DNA from: a virus
Lineage: Duplodnaviria; Caudoviricetes
DNA: 64,000 bases
Virus record (IMG/VR): IMGVR_UViG_3300043364_000002
Span: 1-64,000 of that record
Direction: 5' to 3' (one strand)
Each line of letters begins with the position of its first letter. Positions within the stretch are counted from its first letter, which is position 1. The translations under genes were made by a program, and so were the position numbers. The notes under the pieces are model-generated. The model had not been told where the DNA came from. It did not search any database and was given only the letters and a program-made list of their open reading frames with translations. Below are positions 57,176 through 64,000 of the stretch, piece after piece.

Positions 57176-58383
57176 TGGGAGAAGCATCCGAACGGCAGCC
57201 GACGTGGGTGATTGATTCGACCGCGGCGAACAATCGCGATACCGGCATCGATGCGGCGCACCCTATCCGAGACGTCGAAGAGTTGCAGCGACGTCTCGGA
57301 AAAGGCACAGCGGCGCTACGACAGGCGACCACGATCACGATCGCAGCTAACGCAACCAGCTCGGACCCGCTCAATATTCCGTTCGCGGTGCGGGCCGGCG
57401 GCAGCCTGACTATCCAGGGCACGGCGACTGTCGTCGGTTCCGGTACGTTCGGCGCTCCCACGGCTATCAACCGCGCCACGCAGCAGATGCAGCAGGTCCT
57501 AGATGGTGCGCAGAACTTCGCGCCTCACGTTGGGAGACTGATCCGAATTCCCAGCGGCGCCCGTTCTGGGGCATATGCGGTGCTGGCTACAAATATCGGC
57601 GGCACCGGGGCGCGTACGGGTCGCTGGCAGATTCCGAACCGTGCGGCCGGTCAGAGTTCCACTACGACAGCTCCGCTCGTCGGAGATCCGTATGAGATCA
57701 TTACGGTGCCAAAGCTATATCTGGGCGGGTTCTCTGTCGAACAAGCCGCAGGCGACGCCACGCCCTACTGCAACCTGCACAACCTAGAACTCGACGCAGG
57801 CGCATCGTACTCCGGCGCGCTTCGCGGGCTTGCTGGGATCCCAATCTATATGACGGCGTGCGTAACCCAGAAGCTCAACATCGACGCCGACTTCATCGTG
57901 TGCATCGCGTCGCGCTTTGGCGGTGCAGATCCAGCTGTTGGTATTGATTGGCGGACTTCGCTAATAGCGCAAGTTTGGGGTTGCGTGAGTTTCATCCCGC
58001 ACTTCGTATGCACAGGAGCGACTGTCCAATTTGATCGAGATACGCTTTTTCAGGGCTGCCAACACGGCACCAACGGCAACGCAGGCAGCTACGTCGCATT
58101 TGGAACGTGTGCGTTCTTTGATTGCACGCCGTCGCTATTCCTAGATACGGCTGGAAATAGGACAACGGTAGGAGTGTTTAACGACGGCGTTGGGGCACTG
58201 TGGGGCACCAACAACACTGGCCAAGTTAGCGTAGGCAACGGCACCGTCATGTCTTGCTCAACGATCCCGACCGTAAACTCCGGACTTGGACTCGGCAGAG
58301 AGATTCGTCTCGGGGCTGTTCCAATGCTCTGGAGCGATATGCCGGCTGTAGACGCGTCGACGGGCGCGAGAGTGTCGCTATAA
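57175..58383 (+). CDS. Tailspike/beta-helix-like virion protein
   Basis: WVID....N..TG....HP...V.E N-terminal motif of beta-helix proteins; Cys-rich divergent C-terminus. Confidence 0.55.
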   Translation: MGEASERQPTWVIDSTAANNRDTGIDAAHPIRDVEELQRRLGKGTAALRQATTITIAANATSSDPLNIPFAVRAGGSLTIQGTATVVGSGTFGAPTAINRATQQMQQVLDGAQNFAPHVGRLIRIPSGARSGAYAVLATNIGGTGARTGRWQIPNRAAGQSSTTTAPLVGDPYEIITVPKLYLGGFSVEQAAGDATPYCNLHNLELDAGASYSGALRGLAGIPIYMTACVTQKLNIDADFIVCIASRFGGADPAVGIDWRTSLIAQVWGCVSFIPHFVCTGATVQFDRDTLFQGCQHGTNGNAGSYVAFGTCAFFDCTPSLFLDTAGNRTTVGVFNDGVGALWGTNNTGQVSVGNGTVMSCSTIPTVNSGLGLGREIRLGAVPMLWSDMPAVDASTGARVSL

Positions 58384-60162
58384 ATGTCGCAGCAATACGT
58401 CCGCTCGCTGCTAGCCTCTCTGCCGGTAGGCACCGAGATCAAGGATGGCGCACTAGGTCAGATCAACGCAACTAACGCCGGCGAGATTGCCGTCTACCGC
58501 AACGGCGCGTGGGAGCTATTGGCTCGCACAGGCACGGGCACCGTCACGCTCGCCGGAGACGTTACCGGCGTAAGCAGCGCGAACGTCGTCGAGAAGATCA
58601 CGGGCGTCGGCGGCGTCGTCGACATGAAGGGCACCGACATCGCCTGGCGCGCAACCGCCAGCACGATGACGCTGAGCCAGATCGATCAGACGACGAACAA
58701 CCCGGCGGCGTCGTTTCTCGTGTCGCTGTCGGCCCCGTTCGCTAGCGCGACAGGCGCAAACCGCAACGCGCCTAGTGGCTGGTTCTACATTCCGGCTCCC
58801 GTTGGCGCTGGAACCGCCGGACGCTGGCGGTTCGACGTCTCTGGCGCCGAGGTGTTCGCTGTCGAGGCAACGAGGCTCTACGTTACGGCCGCCGAGATAC
58901 GGTCAGCGACATCCATCACCGTAAAGCCAGTTGACGTGGCCGGCGCTGGATCGGGGGCGCTCTTCGCGGCCGGAGACAGCAGCGGCGCAGTAGGCGGCGT
59001 TGCTAAACTCTACGGAGGTGGAGGCGTCACACCTGGCAGCGTTGACATACGAGCGTCGAGTTCGTCCGGCGGCATTTCCGTCACATCGACTGCTGTCACA
59101 GTTGGCCTTTCGCTCTTGCAGTTCGGGTTGTCCGTGTCGGCGCCGGTCATCGGGCAGGCGACGATCGCCGGCACGCCAAGTACGCTCACGGTCCAGTCGC
59201 AGAGCAGTTCGACCACAAAAGGCGGCAACCTCTCCCACGTCACGGGGGCCGGCTCAGGTGGCAGCAACGGTGACATGACGTTCAGCACGGGCGCTCGGCC
59301 CGTCATGACGTTCTTCGATGCGTCGAATCCGATCGTTCATTTGTATTCGCCGACGATTCGTTACGACGAGAACATCAGCGCTCCCGGTATCCTGATCGCG
59401 CCACGCACGGGCAACGTTTCGACGCACGACTTCACGTGCACCATGCAGGCCCCGTTCGCTTCGGCTACCGGCTCCAACCGTGACGCTCCAAGCTTCATCG
59501 TAGATATCCCGTCGCCGGCAGCCGGTGGAGCTAGCGGCAGCTTTGATGTCGTGATCTCGGCCTCGAATCGAATGGTCGTCAACACGTCTCGGGTTGAGCT
59601 CAGCGTGCCGAGCGTACGCTGGGAGAACATCGGCGTAGGCTTCACGATCGAGCAGGTTGCATCTGCGACCGATGGCAGCCTGTGCCGAATCATTGCCCAA
59701 GAGGGGCTAACGGGCGACGGCGGCAATCTAGAACTCATCGGCGGAATCGCGAATGCGGCCATCCGAGGCGGCATCGCACTCGTCGTCGGCGGCGATGTCA
59801 GCGATCCCGGCGGCATTTACATGGTCGAGGTGCGACATGTTTCTTCGCAATTCGTAACAGCCATCGGGTCCATCGCAGGTATCACGGCCACCGATTTTCC
59901 GGCAGGCATTGCCAACCCGTCTGTCTATGTCGGCAACGCGCCGTCTGGCACGGTAGGCGCCGGATTCCCATTGAACGGCTTCGCCATGTACTCCGACGAC
60001 GGCCGACCGGCCTTCAAGACGGCAACAGGAGCTGGCGCAGTTGGCGAACGGATGTTCACGTTGGACGGTGAGTTGACGGTAGCCGGCGGCGCTCTGGATC
60101 GATACTTCGTCATCTACATTGACGATACTCGCTACAAGATTCCCATTCACCTCGACTCATAG
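58384..60162 (+). CDS. Tail fibre protein
   Basis: LAGDVTG..ANVV.KI, duplicated APFASATG.NR.APS, GG.L.L.GG units, I..DTRYKIP end. Confidence 0.75.
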   Translation: MSQQYVRSLLASLPVGTEIKDGALGQINATNAGEIAVYRNGAWELLARTGTGTVTLAGDVTGVSSANVVEKITGVGGVVDMKGTDIAWRATASTMTLSQIDQTTNNPAASFLVSLSAPFASATGANRNAPSGWFYIPAPVGAGTAGRWRFDVSGAEVFAVEATRLYVTAAEIRSATSITVKPVDVAGAGSGALFAAGDSSGAVGGVAKLYGGGGVTPGSVDIRASSSSGGISVTSTAVTVGLSLLQFGLSVSAPVIGQATIAGTPSTLTVQSQSSSTTKGGNLSHVTGAGSGGSNGDMTFSTGARPVMTFFDASNPIVHLYSPTIRYDENISAPGILIAPRTGNVSTHDFTCTMQAPFASATGSNRDAPSFIVDIPSPAAGGASGSFDVVISASNRMVVNTSRVELSVPSVRWENIGVGFTIEQVASATDGSLCRIIAQEGLTGDGGNLELIGGIANAAIRGGIALVVGGDVSDPGGIYMVEVRHVSSQFVTAIGSIAGITATDFPAGIANPSVYVGNAPSGTVGAGFPLNGFAMYSDDGRPAFKTATGAGAVGERMFTLDGELTVAGGALDRYFVIYIDDTRYKIPIHLDS

Positions 60163-60228
60163 CGAGTGAGCAGCAGATCCGCGCGCAAGCGCAAACGGCT
60201 TGGGCTTTCCAAGCAAGAGGACAGTCAT

Positions 60229-60639
60229 ATGCGATACATCCATCTCACGCACAAGCCCGAACAACACGACGTCATCGACGAGCGCGGCAACGTCGTAGGG
60301 CAGGCACTCATGACGCTTGAGAGCCTTCTCAATTCCAATTGCTGGGGCCAGCCGGAATGGCGCCAGGATGAAGCGTGGCTCGCCGCGTGGGAGCGCCTGA
60401 CCGACAGCTTTGAGCGCGGGTTCAGGACGATGGCGCCGTACGTCGCTGCCGACGACAAGGACTACGAGAAGTTTGCGCCCATCGCGACGCTGAAGGGCAA
60501 GCAGATTGCGCCGCATCTCGCTCGGGCAGTAACGAAGATCACGGCGCCCATCACCCGCGCGTCGTCGACTGAGCCTGAAGCAGCGAAGCAGATGAACGGC
60601 GCCGAAAAGGCGCTGCCGGAAGCCGCACAAGCCTCGTAA
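60229..60639 (+). CDS. Putative fibre assembly chaperone
   Basis: GAGGA RBS; helical small protein after fibre. Confidence 0.45.
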   Translation: MRYIHLTHKPEQHDVIDERGNVVGQALMTLESLLNSNCWGQPEWRQDEAWLAAWERLTDSFERGFRTMAPYVAADDKDYEKFAPIATLKGKQIAPHLARAVTKITAPITRASSTEPEAAKQMNGAEKALPEAAQAS

Positions 60640-60673
60640 CGATTAACACAGAAGCCGTGGAATTGAGAACTAC

Positions 60674-61054
60674 ATGCTAATAACGACGCAGAATACTGCC
60701 AATAGCTTCACGGCGCAGCAGTGGATCACTGGAGCGGCAAACTTCACAGACGCAGCGCCAACAAATGCCGCTTCCGTGGCAGCGGCTCGGCGAATTACAA
60801 CGCCGCCCGGCATTTTCGTTACGCCTGGCCTGCTGGTATCCGCGTTCCTTGGCGATGGCACATCAGCCAGCATTCGCATGTGGTGGCTCGACGATGTGCA
60901 GGATTTGTGGGTGCCGTTTCAGGCGACTGTGGCGCTGACGCTGGCCGCCACGTCCAGCACAAGCGTTGGCGTAGGATGCATGCCTGGTGCGAAGTTGTAC
61001 GCACAGGTAACGGCTAACTCAGGCGTTACCAAGATCGCGTTTATGGTTCGATGA
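60674..61054 (+). CDS. Hypothetical beta-sandwich protein, paralog A
   Basis: Aligns end to end with 61051..61464. Confidence 0.7.
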   Translation: MLITTQNTANSFTAQQWITGAANFTDAAPTNAASVAAARRITTPPGIFVTPGLLVSAFLGDGTSASIRMWWLDDVQDLWVPFQATVALTLAATSSTSVGVGCMPGAKLYAQVTANSGVTKIAFMVR

Positions 61055-61464
61055 TTGCCACTACAACGAACACGGCGCCAAGCTTCACGGCGCAGTGTTG
61101 GATCACTAACGGTGGCTCGGCCATCGCGCTCGACGTGAGCGATCCAAACGCAGCGCCTCCCGTGGCCGCTAGGATAATCACCACGCCAAACTACGCCCTA
61201 GCCATCACGGTTCCAATTGCATCAGGGTTTTTCCGATGCTTGCTCCTGTCGCTATTCGTTGCAGACGGCACGGGCGCGACGGTGCGGCCTTGGTGGTACG
61301 ACGATGCGCAGGCGCTGTGGGTCCCGATGGCCGTAGCGCAGGCTATTACATACTCCGGTTTCAACGGATACTCGCAGCCTGTTTCCTACATGCCAGGCGC
61401 TAGATTCACATGGCAGGTCACAGCCAACACAGGCGTAACGAAAATGGCCTGCTTGATTCGCTAG
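61051..61464 (+). CDS. Hypothetical beta-sandwich protein, paralog B
   Basis: SFTAQ.WIT, ITTP, DGT, WW.DD.Q.LWVP, MPGA, QVTAN.GVTK.A shared. Confidence 0.7.
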   Translation: MIATTTNTAPSFTAQCWITNGGSAIALDVSDPNAAPPVAARIITTPNYALAITVPIASGFFRCLLLSLFVADGTGATVRPWWYDDAQALWVPMAVAQAITYSGFNGYSQPVSYMPGARFTWQVTANTGVTKMACLIR

Positions 61465-61469
61465 CCAGC

Positions 61470-62000
61470 ATGCCGAAGTCCCACGACGATCCGGACGAGA
61501 TCGACCCCATCGACTTTGCGCAGATGGCGCGGGAAGCAAAAGAGCGCGCGGCCAAACGGAAACATAGCGCTTACGAACGGAGCGAACCTCCGCCGATCCC
61601 GTCGTCTTACCCGACGGCTATACAAGGCATCGGCTCACCGTCTCCGTACCGCGGTCGCACGGCAACGCCAGTCGGCTTCGGCACCGGCGTAGCTCACATC
61701 GCGCACGCGTCCGGTCACATCGGCAAACGCCTCGCTGTGCTGCTCGCCGCATGGGGAAGCGTCTCGTGGGTCGGCGCCGTTGCGCTCACGTACTGGACCA
61801 GCCACAGCGTCGTCAGCCTCGACCGATACGCGAAGGACGAAGCCGCCAAGACAGTCGAGCAAAACACGCGTAACCGCGACGTCGCAAGCCTGCGCGACGC
61901 CATCAACGAGCTGCGTGAAGAGCTAGCGGCGCACCAGGCCGCACTCAACGTGATGCAGCAACTGCCGATCCAACCGGAGAAGAAGAAGAAACCCAGATGA
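61470..62000 (+). CDS. Single-TM plus coiled-coil protein (lysis region)
   Basis: LAVLLAAWGSVSWVGAVALTYW then heptad coiled coil. Confidence 0.6.
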   Translation: MPKSHDDPDEIDPIDFAQMAREAKERAAKRKHSAYERSEPPPIPSSYPTAIQGIGSPSPYRGRTATPVGFGTGVAHIAHASGHIGKRLAVLLAAWGSVSWVGAVALTYWTSHSVVSLDRYAKDEAAKTVEQNTRNRDVASLRDAINELREELAAHQAALNVMQQLPIQPEKKKKPR

Positions 62001-62527
62001 CGGACCGCCACCCTACGATCCCGCCTCCGCCTGACCGCGACCGCGATACGGATCCGCCGCCGCCTCCTACCGATCCGGCGCCATCGAAAGAGCTTCTGGA
62101 TCTTTCCGACAACGTCTTTACTCGGCTCGCCGAGACCGATGGCGATCTCGAGGCCGTGCGACTCGAGCTCGTCGCCATCAACGAACGGCTCAGGAAAGTC
62201 GACGAGCTGCATGCGCTCCTGATGGGCGCAGCGCCTGCGAAGCCGGGTGGCAAGCCGCAGCCAAGCATCGTCTCCGAGCTGCACCAGATGAACAACAACT
62301 TGGCGATCCTTGGGCTCAACACGGAGCACGCGATCGAGCAGCAGAAGTCGCTCCCCGAGCTCATCGCCGAGAGGCTGTCGACGAAGGTGACGAACAGCGT
62401 GCTCACGCTTTACCACGGCCAGATCTCCGACCTCAAGGAGGCTGACGCGGCGATCTTGAAGCGCGTCGAAGAACTCGCAGAGTCCCTGCGCGCCGACATT
62501 CCCAACGGTAACGGTCCACGCAAATAG
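61997..62527 (+). CDS. Coiled-coil hypothetical protein
   Basis: Pro-rich N-terminus, heptad repeats; ATGA coupling. Confidence 0.6.
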   Translation: MTDRHPTIPPPPDRDRDTDPPPPPTDPAPSKELLDLSDNVFTRLAETDGDLEAVRLELVAINERLRKVDELHALLMGAAPAKPGGKPQPSIVSELHQMNNNLAILGLNTEHAIEQQKSLPELIAERLSTKVTNSVLTLYHGQISDLKEADAAILKRVEELAESLRADIPNGNGPRK

Positions 62528-62540
62528 GAAGAGAGTCACG

Positions 62541-63416
62541 ATGAAACGTTTCGCAATTGCGCTGCCGCTCGCAGCCGCATCGGTATTGTTCTGTCTTCCA
62601 GCGTTCGCCGCTGACGCTGCGCCAACGGGCGAGCTTCAGAAGGACATGGCTGGCAAGCATCTCGCGATCATGATCGCGGCCGTGCTCCTGCCGGTGCTGG
62701 TCAAGTTCTTCGGCAACGAGACGCTGCATCTGCCGTACTGGGCGGCGAAGCTCCGCGTGGCCGTGGTCATTCTCCTAGGCGGCTCTGCTACCGTGGCTGA
62801 CCAGATCCAGAACGGCGGCGAAGTGTGGAGTGCCGTCACGGCTGCCATCATGACAACGGCTCCTGCGCTGCTGATTGAGCTGCTCCAGAAGTTCGGCGGC
62901 GGCGGCGAGGTAGCAGGGCAGAGGGCGAAGAGCGTGAGACCTTCGGCGATGATACCGCCGCCCGTGCTGTGCTTGGCGCTGGCGCTCGTGGTGCTGCCTG
63001 GGTGCGCGGCGCTGCAAAATGTCAAGACGGTCGTTCGCGATGTGGCCGCCGAGGTCTTCGACGACGCGGCCCAGGCGAACACGGTCCTCGACGTGCTGCA
63101 CTCAGTCGTCGAAGTGTTCTTCCTCGCTTCTCCGGATGCAGCTACGCAAGCGCAGGTTGAGCAGTACTTCGCTGACGCGCGGCTTGCCGTAGAGTCGGCG
63201 ATGGATGTGGCCAAGGGCGCTAACGCGGCATCTGGCGCGGACTACAACGCCGCGTTCGGACACTTCCGCGAAGCGTACTCGAAGCTGATGACCGTGCTCA
63301 ACGATCTCGGCATCGTCGGCAAGACTTCAAGCGGCAAGATGTCGGTCAATCGCCGCGGTGGCGGAACGAACGAGATCCCGGTGCCGCGCGCCGCGATGAT
63401 GAAGGCGGCGAAGTAG
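62541..63416 (+). CDS. Holin-like multi-TM protein fused to lipobox-bearing helical domain
   Basis: Signal peptide (PAFA), 3 hydrophobic helices, internal LALVVLPGC. Confidence 0.6.
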   Translation: MKRFAIALPLAAASVLFCLPAFAADAAPTGELQKDMAGKHLAIMIAAVLLPVLVKFFGNETLHLPYWAAKLRVAVVILLGGSATVADQIQNGGEVWSAVTAAIMTTAPALLIELLQKFGGGGEVAGQRAKSVRPSAMIPPPVLCLALALVVLPGCAALQNVKTVVRDVAAEVFDDAAQANTVLDVLHSVVEVFFLASPDAATQAQVEQYFADARLAVESAMDVAKGANAASGADYNAAFGHFREAYSKLMTVLNDLGIVGKTSSGKMSVNRRGGGTNEIPVPRAAMMKAAK

Positions 63417-63418
63417 CC

Positions 63419-64000
63419 ATGCCGTTCAGTTTCGGTTACCGCCCGTCGCCTCCGGAAGAGGTCGGACTAGGACATCCGCACAAGTTCGGTGCAGCGCCTC
63501 CGCCTGAGCACGCGTTCGTGCAGCTGCCTGCCGCTTTGAATCAGGGAAATTCCAACTCCTGCACGGGAAACGCATTCTCAGTAGCGATCTGCGTCGCGAT
63601 GGCGCGCGAAGCCGGCATGGCACCGGGAGACTTCCCTGAGCTCCCGTCGCGTCTCTTTCTCTACTACGGCGGGCGTGGTGAGATCGGGGAAACGAAGCGC
63701 GACGAAGGGGCCATGATCCATAGCCTGGTCGCGTGCGCGCAAAAGCTCGGCGTGCCACCAGAGAGCGCATGGCCATTCTCAGACAAGCTCAGCGACATCA
63801 TCAAGCAGCCCGATTGGGCCGCGATTCAAGCTGCAGCCGATCAGAAGATCGTCGATGGCGCGTACCGCATTGCGACTGTCGGCAGAGAACGCGCTGACGA
63901 CGTAGCGCGAGCGCTAGGGCAAGGCGCCACGGTTGTATGGGGCACGGCGCTGGATAACGCTGTCTTCGATCTCGAGAACAATCCTGATGGCGTTTGGCCA
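63419..64000 (+). CDS. Papain-like (C1 family) cysteine peptidase, 3' truncated
   Basis: Manual translation (not in ORF track): LNQGNSNSCTGNA, SRLFLYY, DEGA, GVPPESAWPF; open to window end. Confidence 0.85.
   Translation, partial: MPFSFGYRPSPPEEVGLGHPHKFGAAPPPEHAFVQLPAALNQGNSNSCTGNAFSVAICVAMAREAGMAPGDFPELPSRLFLYYGGRGEIGETKRDEGAMIHSLVACAQKLGVPPESAWPFSDKLSDIIKQPDWAAIQAAADQKIVDGAYRIATVGRERADDVARALGQGATVVWGTALDNAVFDLENNPDGVWP

Noticed and set aside
53498-60162. Diversity-generating retroelement or invertible fibre cassette
   Set aside because: No reverse transcriptase or invertase seen; repeats differ mainly at synonymous positions rather than adenines; the antisense genes are not fibre fragments
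1-64000. tRNA, rRNA, intron or intein
   Set aside because: No recognisable cloverleaf; TerL, DnaB and helicase are of normal length with contiguous motifs (by eye only; tRNAscan/Infernal not run)

Overview
GC-rich (roughly two-thirds G+C) temperate-type myovirus or prophage, almost entirely encoded on the + strand. The host is most likely a myxobacterium (Polyangiaceae-like); this is an inference from the Cys-rich lipoprotein style. The window opens in the 3' end of a Cro-like HTH gene. An early region of about 27 kb follows, made of tightly ATGA-coupled genes: a LexA-type DNA-binding domain, two HNH nucleases, a Myb-like repeat protein, an SF2 helicase plus DNA methyltransferase, a beta sliding clamp, SLOG, a DUF559 nuclease, a primase, an initiator with internal iterons, DnaB, a DHH/MazG/DEDDh/NDT nucleotide-handling cluster and a RusA-like resolvase. 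Next come a putative late regulator and an Xis-like HTH beside 10-bp phased repeats. A complete Mu-like morphogenesis module follows (TerS/TerL, DUF935 portal, protease I/scaffold, capsid, sheath, tube, tape measure, baseplate, several fibre genes), then a lysis-position region that ends in a truncated papain-like protease. Notable points: a peptide deformylase inside the head-tail joining genes; a -1 frameshift site in one of two paralogous tail chaperones; an antisense Cys-rich lipoprotein cassette among the fibre genes; and several apparent +1 homopolymer frameshifts that may be sequencing errors. No integrase, transposase, reverse transcriptase, tRNA or CRISPR array was seen. All family calls come from motif recognition by eye, not from database searches.
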